DNA of 64,000 nucleotides from an uncultured Acidimicrobiia bacterium. GTDB taxonomy: Bacteria; Actinomycetota; Acidimicrobiia; Spongiisociales; ZC4RG35. The notes beneath the pieces are model-generated. The model did no database searches. It saw only the letters and a list, made by a program, of their open reading frames with translations, and was not told the origin of the DNA. A program made the position numbers and the translations under genes. Below are positions 20,014-30,237 of this stretch, in pieces (positions within the stretch are counted from its first letter, which is position 1; each line of letters starts with the position of its first letter). The stretch lies in the NCBI GenBank assembly GCA_963772815.1, contig CAVYYV010000009.1, forward strand, positions 23,183-87,182. The letters are read 5' to 3'.

Positions 20014-21767
20014 TCCAACACCTCCGAGCTCTCCCCCCGGTGAACCTCGATGGTCGACCCATGCACGAACCCCATGCGACGGTATGCCCTGATCGCGGTG
20101 GAGTTGCCCGCCCCCACCACCACCCTCACCAGCGGCTCGTCCAAGCGACCGAGCAGGGCCTCACCCAGTTCGGTGCCCAGACCGCGACCCCGGGCATCCG
20201 GAGCAACCGCCAGTGACAGCAGCTCGGGAGCCTGTTCCTCCTCACCCGAGCCGTATCGCAGTGACTCCCACACCCGTCTGATCACCGAAGGGCGAAACAG
20301 GCGGGGTAGGGCAACCAGGGCTGCTCTCAGACCGTGCCCGCGCACAAAGCGCCGGTAGAAGGCACCGGTGGACCGGACCCCGGCCACGAACCCGAGCGGA
20401 CCGGACCCGTCGGCCGCGACCAAAACAGTGGCGCCCGGGTCCGTCACGAGGGCGCCATAGAGGACCTTCATGAACGGCAGTCCCAGAGTGGGGAGAAACC
20501 CGGTGGAGATGGCCAAGGAGTGCATCCGGGCCAGAAACTCGACGTCCGCGGGAGTCGCCTCCCGCAGATCCACGTCACCTCGGCTCCTCGCTCCCAGGGC
20601 CTCGGCGAGAGCGTCCAGGCCACGGGCACGGGCAAGCCTGGTATACGTCTCCAGGACGACCCCGACCACCCGCTGATCGTCGAAGCTCTCCCGCGCCTTC
20701 ACCCGAGCACCCTTTGACAGACCGGCTCGAAAATCCGGATCAGCCGTCCTGGCGATCGCCTCGGCGAGGGCGTGGGGATCTCTCACCGGCACCAGGAGCC
20801 CGTTGACCCCGTCGTCAACGACCTCGCGGCATCCCCGGATGTCGGTGGCGATGACCGGCAGCCCCATCGCGGCCGCTTCCATGGCTGCACGGGGAAAGCC
20901 CTCCCGATGCGAGGCCAGAACGAACACGTCCAAGGCCTGGTAGAGCCGCTCGACGTCCGTTCTCATACCCAGGAATCTGACACCCGCCGATTTTCCTCGG
21001 GCGATCAGGTCGGGCGGCACGGCGTCCGGCTTGTCGGGATCCTCGGGACCCACACACAGCACAACGAAGCGCCCGTCGAGCGATTCAGCCGCCTCGATCA
21101 GCTCGGCGTAACCCTTCTCGAGCACCAGGCGCCCCACCTGGCCCACCACGACCGCGTCGTCGGGAATCCCGAGTTCCTCCCTGACCTCGGCTCGGGTCCC
21201 GGGAGGGAATCTGTCGGGATCGAAATGGGTCAGATCCACCCCGTTCCCGAGGTGGCGAATGTGAGACCGGGGAGCAAGCCGCATCCGTCGCATGAGCCGG
21301 GTGTCCTCGATGCTCTGGACCAACTCGGCATCCGAGAACCGGGAGGCGACCGATTCCAGCCCGTACACGATCAGGCGCTTGATGGCCGGGTCGTCCTGGG
21401 TGGCGTACAGGCCATGAACCGTGTTGACCACGATCGGCACACCGGCCAGTCGGCCCACCAACCTCCCGTAGAGGCCCGGCTTTGGGTTGTGGGTGTGGAG
21501 GACTGTGGGTCTGATGCGACGCAGGGCCCTATACAGCTCCCAGGCGCTGCGCAGGTCGGCGATCGGGTCGACCCCCCTGGTCGACGAGGGCAGCGCCACG
21601 TGGACGATGCCTTCCCGCTCCAGCTCTTCGACCCACGGCCCGGGAGCCGAAATCCCGTACGACTCCACTCCCAGCGCCAAGGGTGCCGTCAACTGCGGCA
21701 GCAGCAGATAGCGCAGACTCAGATCGACGGTCGTGAGATGGGCGATTCGGTTCGGCTCTGGTGTCAT
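20001..21767 (-). CDS. GT4 glycosyltransferase fused to a C-terminal GNAT acetyltransferase domain
   Basis: HTHNPKPG and REGFPRAAMEA in the GT part. C-terminal LLSLAVAPDARGRGLG and N..AIRAYRRMGF. ATG 21767 overlaps the upstream stop. Confidence 0.85.
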   Translation of the reverse strand: MTPEPNRIAHLTTVDLSLRYLLLPQLTAPLALGVESYGISAPGPWVEELEREGIVHVALPSSTRGVDPIADLRSAWELYRALRRIRPTVLHTHNPKPGLYGRLVGRLAGVPIVVNTVHGLYATQDDPAIKRLIVYGLESVASRFSDAELVQSIEDTRLMRRMRLAPRSHIRHLGNGVDLTHFDPDRFPPGTRAEVREELGIPDDAVVVGQVGRLVLEKGYAELIEAAESLDGRFVVLCVGPEDPDKPDAVPPDLIARGKSAGVRFLGMRTDVERLYQALDVFVLASHREGFPRAAMEAAAMGLPVIATDIRGCREVVDDGVNGLLVPVRDPHALAEAIARTADPDFRAGLSKGARVKARESFDDQRVVGVVLETYTRLARARGLDALAEALGARSRGDVDLREATPADVEFLARMHSLAISTGFLPTLGLPFMKVLYGALVTDPGATVLVAADGSGPLGFVAGVRSTGAFYRRFVRGHGLRAALVALPRLFRPSVIRRVWESLRYGSGEEEQAPELLSLAVAPDARGRGLGTELGEALLGRLDEPLVRVVVGAGNSTAIRAYRRMGFVHGSTIEVHRGESSEVLEWRR

Positions 21768-22828
21768 CCGGCGGCCACCTCCTCGAATACCCACGCGTAA
21801 CGGTCGATGCTTTCCTCGAGCCGGAACCTCTGAGCCGCCCGTACTCTGGCGGCCGCGCCCATCCGGATTCGCAACCCAGGGTCCAGGGCGAGCTGTTTGA
21901 GAGCGTCCACGAATCCCTCGACGTCGCCCGCATCGACCAGGAGTCCTGTCTCGGCGTGTACGACCACCTCGGAGGTTCCGCCCACTCTGGAAGCCACCAC
22001 CGGCACTCCAGCAGCAGAAGCCTCCACCGCCACTCCCGGCAGGCCCTCGGTCAATGAAGTGAGCAGGAGAACGTCCGCCCATTCGAACTGGGCGGACATG
22101 TCGCCGACCGACCCGAGCAACTCGACTCCTGGCCCGGCCGCGGAACGAACGGATGCCTCGAGGGGCCCGAGGCCCACCATCCGCAGGCGGACGGCGCCAT
22201 CGAGCCCCTCGACGGCCGCCACGGCAGTGAGCGGATCTTTCTCGCGGGAGAGGCTTCCGGCGAACAACACGCGCAATGGACCGGGCTCGGGGGCAGCCTC
22301 ACCTATCTCGAACCATCTCTCGTCCACACCCGGATTGACCACTGTGATCTTGGCCGGCCGCACCCCGACCGACTTCTCCAGGCCGAGTCTCGTGGCCTCA
22401 GAGACGGCCGTCACGCGGGCGCAGCCTGCAATCAATGCTCGTTGCAGCAGCCGGTGCGCCGTGCCCCGCAACCAGAACGACGGCTCTCCGATCGACCCGT
22501 ACACGACCCTGGGCCGCGGCCACACCGCCATCGATGCCAGAACACAATGGCGCAATGTGGCCCCGCCGTTGGCGAACACGATCTGCGGTCGACGGCGCAG
22601 AAGTCGACGGCGGACGGCCCAGGTGGTGGCCGGAGCGTAGCCGCGGGTGGAACCCCTGGTCAGAGCCGTGGAATGGATGGACGGCCGGTCACTCCCGAAC
22701 AATGACACCAGCTCAGCGTCCCAACCTCGGTTGGTCAGCCCCTCCACCAGCCTCTCTCCAAACACCTCCGCCCCTCGCCGCACGTCGGACGTCACGAAGA
22801 CGTCTATCCGATGTGTGGTGGCGTTCAT
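21764..22828 (-). CDS. Glycosyltransferase family 4
   Basis: RRGAE, FAGSLSREK and EGLPGVAVEA motifs. Probable ATG at 22828. Confidence 0.88.
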   Translation of the reverse strand: MNATTHRIDVFVTSDVRRGAEVFGERLVEGLTNRGWDAELVSLFGSDRPSIHSTALTRGSTRGYAPATTWAVRRRLLRRRPQIVFANGGATLRHCVLASMAVWPRPRVVYGSIGEPSFWLRGTAHRLLQRALIAGCARVTAVSEATRLGLEKSVGVRPAKITVVNPGVDERWFEIGEAAPEPGPLRVLFAGSLSREKDPLTAVAAVEGLDGAVRLRMVGLGPLEASVRSAAGPGVELLGSVGDMSAQFEWADVLLLTSLTEGLPGVAVEASAAGVPVVASRVGGTSEVVVHAETGLLVDAGDVEGFVDALKQLALDPGLRIRMGAAARVRAAQRFRLEESIDRYAWVFEEVAAG

Positions 22829-23121
22829 GTGTGATGACTCTCCGCTGGCGAGGAGCTCGACCTCACCGGCACCGGTGGGCCCAACCGGCTCATGGGACTG
22901 CAATGGGGTAGCGATCGAGTGTATCGGCCGGTCCGGACTCCTACTTCAAGGCTTCGGCGCAACCGTGATGAGTCTGGAGCCCCTCTGGCGTGAGCCGACG
23001 CCCCGGGTAGGGTGACGGGCTCAGGGACCGAGACTCCGGGAGCGGGTTTCCAGGTGAGCACCGGGCAACATCATCCGAACCACCATTGTCGCTGGAGATT
23101 CGTCGCCAAGCGGGCGGCGCC

Positions 23122-24057
23122 ATGCCGGTGAAAGTCGACGTGCGCCGGGCAACCCAGTCGGACCTGCCCGAGATCCTCGATGTGCTGAGAGCGGCTCTCG
23201 GAGAGCCGCCCGGGCTGGAGCGAACACCCGCCCTATGGGAGTGGAAGCACGTCGAGAACCCCTTCGGCCGGTCGATCGTCCTGGTGGCGGAGAGTGGAGG
23301 GCACATCGCCGGGGTGCGAGCCTTCATGCGATGGGAGCTCCTCGATCCCTCAGGAGCGACTATCCGGTGCGTCCGGGCCGTAGACACCGCCACTCACCCC
23401 GAGCACCATCGACAGGGCATCTTCCGCACTCTGACCATGTCCGCCGTCGAGGAGGCGCGCGCCGAGGGGATCCACCTCATCTTCAACACTCCCAATCGCC
23501 GCTCGGGAGCCGGATACCTCAAAATGGGCTGGTCGGAAGTAGGAGGGATCCCGGTCATGATCTCTCCCAAGATGCGACTGCTTCGCCCTGGACGGGCCTC
23601 CGCAGGACCGCTCGTCGACGCTCCGCTGGGCTCCCCCCGCGAGACCCCCACCGACCGTGATCCGATCGGCCTGCGCACCCCACGGACCGGCGAGTACCTG
23701 GAGTGGAGGTTCGGCTCTCATCCATCCGCCACCTACCGATCGGTCCAGGACGGAGACGGCTGGGTGATCGTGCGAGAGAACACACGAAGCGGAAGAGCCG
23801 AGCTCGTGGTGAGCGAAATGCTGGGGCCCAACCCAGGCCCCGCTCTTCGACGAGCCCGGGCGGGCACCTCCGCCGACTACCTGGTCGGCACGTTCCTGGC
23901 CGGTTCGCCGGAGCGACGGACTGCCCTCCTCTCCGGGATGATCCCCATCCCGAGGAAACGGGCCCTGACCCTCTTCGCACGACCACTGGTCGACCTGGGG
24001 CCCATCTCCCGCCTGTCGGCGTGGGACCTGACCATCGGCGACCTGGAGCTACTGTGA
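23122..24057 (+). CDS. GNAT family N-acetyltransferase
   Basis: WKHVENPFG, DTATHPEHHRQGIF and FNTPN..SGAGYLKMGW motifs. Confidence 0.85.
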   Translation: MPVKVDVRRATQSDLPEILDVLRAALGEPPGLERTPALWEWKHVENPFGRSIVLVAESGGHIAGVRAFMRWELLDPSGATIRCVRAVDTATHPEHHRQGIFRTLTMSAVEEARAEGIHLIFNTPNRRSGAGYLKMGWSEVGGIPVMISPKMRLLRPGRASAGPLVDAPLGSPRETPTDRDPIGLRTPRTGEYLEWRFGSHPSATYRSVQDGDGWVIVRENTRSGRAELVVSEMLGPNPGPALRRARAGTSADYLVGTFLAGSPERRTALLSGMIPIPRKRALTLFARPLVDLGPISRLSAWDLTIGDLELL

Positions 24058-24079
24058 CCGATCCCCATTGGAGCACCCC

Positions 24080-25258
24080 ATGAACTCGAAGCCAGCTTCC
24101 CTGGGCGGCGACCCCGTCTTCCCGCAGCCAATTCCCTTCGCCCGACCTTCGATGGAGGAACCGGACAAGGTCCTCGCCTTGATCCGTGGGTCGCTCGACT
24201 CCGGCATGCTGACCAACGGACCACGTGTGGCCGAGCTGGAGGAGCGGGTTGCGGAGCTGTTCGGGGTGCGCAACTGTGTGGCGGTGGCTTCCTGCACCAC
24301 CGGCCTCATGCTGGTGATCCAGGCCCTGAGCAGAAGCGAGGGCTCTGAGGGGCTGGTCGGAGTCCCCTCGTTCACATTCTCCGCCACTGCCCATGCCGTG
24401 GCCTGGAACCAGCGGCGCATCCGGTTCCTCGACTGTGGTCCCGACAGCTGGGTGGTACGTCCCGAGGATGTTCCCGTCGGCCTGTCGGTGGTGATGGCCA
24501 CACATGTGTCGGGGGTCCCCTGTGACGTGGCCGGCCTCCAGGCCCGGTGTGAGGAGATCGGCGCCACTCTCGTGTTCGACGCCGCCCATGGGGCCGGCAG
24601 CGCTACCGAGGTCGGTGGGGCCCTGGTCCCGTTGGGCCGCTTCGGCAGGGCCGAGGTGTTCAGCCTCACCCCCACCAAGGTCTTGAGTGGTGCCGAGGGT
24701 GGCCTGGTGACGACCGACGACGACGCCCTCGCCGCCGAGATCCGCCTGGCCCGCGACTACGCCAACCCCGGCGACTACGACACCCGCTTCGCCGGCCTGA
24801 ACGGGCGGCTGTCTGAGCTACATGCCGCCCTGGTCCTGGTGGCCCTGGGACACCTCGACGACCGAGTTGCCCGGCGTGCGGCGGTCGCGGAGCGGTACCG
24901 CAGCGGCTTGGCCGAAGTGCCGGGCGTCGGCTGGCAGGCTGTCCCACCGACCTCGCGCAGCTCCTACAAGGACTTCATCGTCACCATCGATGACACAGTC
25001 TTCGGGTGCTCTCGTGACGCCGCCGTTGGGGCCCTGCACGCCGAGGGCGTGCCAACCCGGCCCTACTACTCGCCCCCGGTTCACCGCCAGCAGGCCTACG
25101 CCAATGTCCAGACTGGTCCGCTGCCCGTCACCGACCGCCTGGCGGAACAGGTGGTGGCGCTGCCGATTTGGTCCGAGATGACCGAGGACCAAACCCGGGG
25201 AGTCGTAGAGGCCCTGGCCCGCATCCAATCCCACGCCGGAGAGTTGCAGGGGGGCTGA
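24080..25258 (+). CDS. DegT/DnrJ/EryC1/StrS family PLP-dependent sugar aminotransferase
   Basis: SCTTGL, PSFTFSAT, FDAAHG and FSLTPTK..GAEGG motifs. Confidence 0.92.
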   Translation: MNSKPASLGGDPVFPQPIPFARPSMEEPDKVLALIRGSLDSGMLTNGPRVAELEERVAELFGVRNCVAVASCTTGLMLVIQALSRSEGSEGLVGVPSFTFSATAHAVAWNQRRIRFLDCGPDSWVVRPEDVPVGLSVVMATHVSGVPCDVAGLQARCEEIGATLVFDAAHGAGSATEVGGALVPLGRFGRAEVFSLTPTKVLSGAEGGLVTTDDDALAAEIRLARDYANPGDYDTRFAGLNGRLSELHAALVLVALGHLDDRVARRAAVAERYRSGLAEVPGVGWQAVPPTSRSSYKDFIVTIDDTVFGCSRDAAVGALHAEGVPTRPYYSPPVHRQQAYANVQTGPLPVTDRLAEQVVALPIWSEMTEDQTRGVVEALARIQSHAGELQGG

Positions 25259-25267
25259 TCGCTCGTA

Positions 25268-25460
25268 CCCACGAGCGCAGCGAGAGGGGGAAGGTTCCTG
25301 CCGCCGAAGGGCCTCACGCACGCTCCGGCACCCCCTACCCCACTGCTGCGCAGCGGGGTCCCCTTCCCCCTGCCTCCGGCCAGGGGGACAAAGCGTTTGT
25401 CCCCCACGAGCGCAGCGAGAGGGGGAAGGTTCCTGCCGCCGAAGGCGGGAGGTAGGGGGG
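25268..25460. repeat. REP-like palindromic repeat cluster between convergent genes
   Basis: A 43-bp direct repeat (cccacgagcgcagcgagagggggaaggttcctgccgccgaagg) sits at 25268 and 25403. A degenerate inverted copy lies between them, about 25331-25387. Confidence 0.75.
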
Positions 25461-27170
25461 ACAAAGCAGGTGCTCAGGCGGAAGAGTGCCGATTGTGACC
25501 GGGACCGGTTTGGCGGCTGATGCCGTGGCGTCTTTGGCGTGATAGCTGGAGCGCACCAGGGGCCCAGACTCCACGTGAGCGATGCCCAGCGTCTCACCGA
25601 AGGACTTGTAGCGAGCGAACTCGTCGGGGTGGACGTAGCGATGTATGGGGCGATGACGGGCGGTGGGCCGTAGATACTGGCCGATGGTGATGATGTCGGC
25701 CCCCACCGCCCGCAGGTCGGCCAGAGCGCCAAGGACCTCGTGCTCGGTCTCGCCCATTCCCACGATCAGCCCGGATTTGGTCAGGCCCTCCGGATACCTC
25801 TGCTTGGCGCGCCACAGCAGCGCCAGGGAACGCCCGTAGTTGGCCGATGTCCGGATGTCACGCTGGAGACGCAGCACTGTCTCTGTGTTGTGGTTCAAGA
25901 CCTCGGGACGCGCATCCATGAGCGTTTCCAGAGCCTTCGGGTCCCCCTTGAAGTCGGGTATGAGCACCTCTATGTCGGTGCCCGGTGACCGCCGGCGGCT
26001 CTCGATGATGGTCTGAGCGAAGATCCCGGCGCCACCGTCGGCGAGATCGTCGCGATTCACGCTGGTGATGACGGCATGGCTCAAGTTCATCGACGCGATC
26101 GCCTCGGCGGCTCTGAAGGGCTCGAGCACGTCGAACTCAGTGGGCTTCCCGGTCAGGACATTGCAGAACGAGCACGCCCTCGTGCAGGTGTCGCCCAGGA
26201 TCATCAGGGTGGCGGTGCCCATGCCCCAGCACTCGTAGATGTTGGGACAGCGAGCTTCCTCGCACACGGTGTGCAGGGAGAGGCCCCGCATCAGCTTCTT
26301 GAGCTGGATGTAGTCGTCATCCATGTGTGCCCGCACCTTCATCCATTCCGGGCGGGGCGGCTCCCCGGGGAGTCGGCCATCGATCAGGACCGGTTCCGCA
26401 TTGCGACTCTCGGGTGAGAAGGTGCCGGCCGCAACCAGCCTGTCCACCTCATGGTCCGGGTCGCGCCGAGCCTGGCGCCGCGTGAAGGCGGCGAGCTGGC
26501 TCTCGACCTCGGCGTATCCAAACTCCTCAGCAAATGCCGGGATCACCGCCTCGACTGCCTCTTCCATGGTCACCCTGCGCCCGGCCAACTCCGACAGCGT
26601 GGTTACCGGACGGTCGGTGATGCCGCATGGGTTCATCATCGAGAAGAACTTCATGTCCGGGTCGAGGTTCAGGGCGAACCCGTGCATGGTGACTCGCCGG
26701 GCGACACGCACACCGATGGCTGCGACCTTTCCCAGCTCGGTCCATACACCGGTCAATCCCGGCTCGGTCCATCCCTGCACCCCGAATTGCGCCAGTGCGG
26801 CAATCAGGGCTCGCTCCAGGGAACGCACGTAAGGAACGATTCGCTTGGGATCGTCCAGACCGAAGATGGGATAACCCACGAGCTGGCCGGGACCGTGGAA
26901 GGTGATGTCGCCGCCGCGATCGACGTCGAACACGTCGGCGCCGGCCTCGGCCACCGACCGACGATCGGCCAGCAAATTGGCATGGTCTCCGTTTCGCCCA
27001 ATGGTGAACACCGGTGGATGCTCCACCAGCAGCAGGTAGTCGTCACGTGAGCGTCCCCGCACCCGGCCCTCGTGAAAGGCGCGCTGGAGGTCCCAGGCCT
27101 CTCCATAGGGAAGCCGCCCCAGCCAGCGGGCGCGAAGCAAGTGTGCGGGCTCGATCGGGGTCGTCACCAT
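25335..27170 (-). CDS. lipA: Fused octanoyltransferase (LipB) and lipoyl synthase (LipA)
   Basis: LipB motifs [34 protein letters not shown] and PCG. LipA motifs [20 protein letters not shown] and RSSYHA. The 3' end is uncertain because the ORF runs into the repeat cluster. Confidence 0.9.
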   Translation of the reverse strand: MVTTPIEPAHLLRARWLGRLPYGEAWDLQRAFHEGRVRGRSRDDYLLLVEHPPVFTIGRNGDHANLLADRRSVAEAGADVFDVDRGGDITFHGPGQLVGYPIFGLDDPKRIVPYVRSLERALIAALAQFGVQGWTEPGLTGVWTELGKVAAIGVRVARRVTMHGFALNLDPDMKFFSMMNPCGITDRPVTTLSELAGRRVTMEEAVEAVIPAFAEEFGYAEVESQLAAFTRRQARRDPDHEVDRLVAAGTFSPESRNAEPVLIDGRLPGEPPRPEWMKVRAHMDDDYIQLKKLMRGLSLHTVCEEARCPNIYECWGMGTATLMILGDTCTRACSFCNVLTGKPTEFDVLEPFRAAEAIASMNLSHAVITSVNRDDLADGGAGIFAQTIIESRRRSPGTDIEVLIPDFKGDPKALETLMDARPEVLNHNTETVLRLQRDIRTSANYGRSLALLWRAKQRYPEGLTKSGLIVGMGETEHEVLGALADLRAVGADIITIGQYLRPTARHRPIHRYVHPDEFARYKSFGETLGIAHVESGPLVRSSYHAKDATASAAKPVPVTIGTLPPEHLLCPPYLPPSAAGTFPLSLRSWGTNALSPWPEAGGRGPRCAAVG

Positions 27171-27222
27171 CTGAACCTATCACGACCGCACCGGTAGTCG
27201 GACACAGTCGAAAGTCCCGTCA

Positions 27223-28713
27223 TCAGGCCAGTTCTTGCTCCCAGTCCCACGTCTCGATGTTGTGCTTGATCCGCTGCAGAAACAGCACGGCGGTCGAGCC
27301 GTCGAAGGCACGGTGGTCCCAGGTCAGCCCCAGATACCCGATGTGACGGATAGCAATCATGTCTTCCCCGTCGGGCCCCGTGACCACGGCCGCCCGCTTG
27401 GTGATGGTGTCCGTGGAGAGGATGCCGACGTTGGGCACGTTGATGATCGGGGCCGACATGAACGAGCCGAACGGGCCCGGGTTGGTGATGGTGAACGTCG
27501 CTCCGGTCACGTCGCCGGGGTCCAGCTTGCCCGTCCGCGCCTTGTTGGCCAGCTCGCTGATGCCGCGGGCCAAGCCGACCATGCGCAACCCGTCCGCATC
27601 TCGCAGACTGGCCACGATCAGGCCCTGCTGATCCAGGTCGATGGCCACGCCGAGGTTGACGGTTCGGTGCCGGACCGACTTGCGCTCCTCCAGGAAGAAC
27701 GACGAGTTCACCACCGGATACGCCTTCAGGGCGTCGATGGTGGCCCGGGCTATGAAGGGGAGATAGGTGAGCGAGAACCCTTCCTCTTCCTTGAAGGCCG
27801 CCTTGTGCGCCTGCCGCACCCGCTCGACCCGTTCGTAGTCCACTTCCACTGAGGTCCACACATCAGCCGCGGTTTGCTTCGACTGGTGCATGTTCTGGGC
27901 GATCCGGACCCGGAGCCGGCTCAGCTCGACTTCCTCAGCGCCCTCCTCGGCTTCTGCCCGGGCGGGAGCAGGTGCAGGCGGCGGGCTGGGTTCTGCCGCC
28001 GGCGGCGGCGACGGTGGCTGTGGTGGCGCCGCAGGCCGCTCTGGCGGTGCCGCCCGTTCTGGCGCCTGCTCCGGTGCAGCCTCCCCGGCCTGGGGCCCGG
28101 CGGCTATGTAGGCTTCCACATCGCGGCGGGTGATCCGTCCGCCCTGGCCGGTCCCTTCCACCTTGCGCAGATCGATCTCGTTCTCCCGAGCCAGCTTGCG
28201 GACCACCGGCGACAGGAGACGCGGCTCGCCGTCGGGAGAGGGCCGTCCTCCTGGCTCCTCAGCTCTCGCCTCCGCCTGGGCTTCCTCCTCCAGCGCCTGG
28301 TTCTGAGCTGGTGCGGGCGCCTGGGCAGACTGGGTTTCCTCCGGTCGTGCCTGCTCACCGGCCGGCTCCGACGGCGGGGCTTGCGCGGTTTGCTCCTCGC
28401 CCCCTTCCGGCTTTGGCTGGGCTTCTTCCTCCTGGGCCGCGGTCTCCTCGGTCGGAGCAGCCTCTGCCGCCTCGCCTTCCTCACCGATGACGACCAGATC
28501 GGTGCCCACCTCGACCGTATCACCCTCGTCTACCAGGATCTCCAGGACGACCCCCGACACCGGTGACGGAACCTCCGTATCAACCTTGTCGGTCGAGATC
28601 TCGACCAGGGTTTCGTCCTCGGAGATGGAATCGCCCACCGACTTGGCCCATCGCAGGATGGTTCCCTCGGTGACGGTCTCGCCCAGTTGGGGCATGCTCA
28701 CTCTTGTCGCCAT
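27223..28713 (-). CDS. sucB: Dihydrolipoamide acyltransferase E2 (SucB/DlaT-like), single lipoyl domain
   Basis: ISTDKVDTE lipoyl site, SPVVRKLARE binding domain and DHRAFDG catalytic motif. Confidence 0.88.
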   Translation of the reverse strand: MATRVSMPQLGETVTEGTILRWAKSVGDSISEDETLVEISTDKVDTEVPSPVSGVVLEILVDEGDTVEVGTDLVVIGEEGEAAEAAPTEETAAQEEEAQPKPEGGEEQTAQAPPSEPAGEQARPEETQSAQAPAPAQNQALEEEAQAEARAEEPGGRPSPDGEPRLLSPVVRKLARENEIDLRKVEGTGQGGRITRRDVEAYIAAGPQAGEAAPEQAPERAAPPERPAAPPQPPSPPPAAEPSPPPAPAPARAEAEEGAEEVELSRLRVRIAQNMHQSKQTAADVWTSVEVDYERVERVRQAHKAAFKEEEGFSLTYLPFIARATIDALKAYPVVNSSFFLEERKSVRHRTVNLGVAIDLDQQGLIVASLRDADGLRMVGLARGISELANKARTGKLDPGDVTGATFTITNPGPFGSFMSAPIINVPNVGILSTDTITKRAAVVTGPDGEDMIAIRHIGYLGLTWDHRAFDGSTAVLFLQRIKHNIETWDWEQELA

Positions 28714-28727
28714 GTTCTAGTTACCTC

Positions 28728-30098
28728 TCAGTGCAGACTTCGACCGGCAGCGGTGAGCAGAGTCTCACCGACCGCCTCGGAAAGCGTCGGGTGGGCGTGG
28801 ATGAAGGCGGCTGCCTCCGAGGGGAGCGCCTCCCAACCTACGGCATACATCAGCTCGTGGATCATCTCCCCCGCCTGGGGCCCGACGATGGAGGCGCCCA
28901 CGATCGGCCCGCTCTTGTCCACCACGACCTTCACCGTCCCCTGATTCTGGCCGATGATGATGGCCCGTCCAATGCCCCCGAAACCGTGCGAGTAGGTCTC
29001 GACCTCCAGTCCGGCTTCGGCGGCCTGCGCCTCGTTGTATCCCACTTCCGCCACCTCGGGATGGGTGTACGTGACCCGCGGGATGGCCCGATAGTCGACC
29101 GGTTCAGCCTTACCCGTGGCAATGTGGGTGACGGCGGCGATTCCCTCGGAAAAACCGGCGTGAGCCAGCTGGGGCGTGCCGGCCACGATGTCGCCCACCG
29201 CGTACAGGGACGGGTCTCCGGTTTGCATGGTTGCCCGGTCGACCAGGACGAACCCGCGATCGACCTGGGCAGAGGTTGTCTGGAGGCCCACATCATCTGT
29301 GTTGGGGCCACGCCCGACCGCCATCAGGACCACGTCCACCTCGACGGACTCGTCACCGAAGGGAACCACAACCGTCGAGGCACCCAGCTTGGGCGGGTCC
29401 ACGCCGATTCCGGTGTGAAAGCGCACCCCCCGGCGGCTCAACTGCCGCTCGAGCTGGCGGGCGATCCCGGCGTCGGTCCCGGGGAGGATCTGATCCATTA
29501 CCTCGAAGACGTGCACCTCGGCACCGAAATCGGCCAGCATCGAGGCAAACTCGCAGCCGATGACGCCTCCGCCGACGATGGCGACACGGTCCGGCCGGGC
29601 AGGCCAGTCGAGGGCATGATCGGACGTGACGATCTTGGTCCCATCCACGTCGTAGCCGGGAATGGTGCGGGGGTGCGATCCGGAGGCGAGGATGACCGCC
29701 CGTCCCTCGACGCGTCGGTCCCCTTCGCCCGTGTCGACCACCACGGCATTGGGGCCGTCGAGACGGCCATATCCCGAGATCACCTCCACCTTGCGTTGCT
29801 TGAGCAGGCCCTCCAGACCCCGCACCAGCCCCTCGACCGACTTCTCCTTGCGGGCCAGCGCCCCATCCCAGTCCAGCTCCGGGTCCCCTGCCACGACGCC
29901 GAAATCGGAGGCATGCTTGACAGTCGTGTAGACCTCGGCCACCTGTAGCCACTGCTTGGCCGGTATGCATCCCCGCAATAGACAGGTTCCTCCGGGGCGC
30001 TCTTCGTCGACGAGAGCCACGTCTAGCCCGAAGTGATGGGCGTAGAGGGCGGAGGCGTAACCACCGGGGCCCCCACCCACGACGACGATGTCATGCAC
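28728..30098 (-). CDS. lpdA: Dihydrolipoyl dehydrogenase E3
   Basis: GGGPGG, GGTCLLRGCIP, GGGVIG and HPTLSE motifs. Confidence 0.95.
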   Translation of the reverse strand: MHDIVVVGGGPGGYASALYAHHFGLDVALVDEERPGGTCLLRGCIPAKQWLQVAEVYTTVKHASDFGVVAGDPELDWDGALARKEKSVEGLVRGLEGLLKQRKVEVISGYGRLDGPNAVVVDTGEGDRRVEGRAVILASGSHPRTIPGYDVDGTKIVTSDHALDWPARPDRVAIVGGGVIGCEFASMLADFGAEVHVFEVMDQILPGTDAGIARQLERQLSRRGVRFHTGIGVDPPKLGASTVVVPFGDESVEVDVVLMAVGRGPNTDDVGLQTTSAQVDRGFVLVDRATMQTGDPSLYAVGDIVAGTPQLAHAGFSEGIAAVTHIATGKAEPVDYRAIPRVTYTHPEVAEVGYNEAQAAEAGLEVETYSHGFGGIGRAIIIGQNQGTVKVVVDKSGPIVGASIVGPQAGEMIHELMYAVGWEALPSEAAAFIHAHPTLSEAVGETLLTAAGRSLH

Positions 30099-30237
30099 GA
30101 GTTGGATGCCTTTCCTGAAGCTGCACCCGAGCCTAGTGGGGTGTCGGGACCGTCAAGCGGCGGGAACCGCCTCCTCAGCACCGACCGGGACGGCTTCGCT
30201 CATGGAGCGGGTACCGTTCGTCCGGACCCATCTTCAA

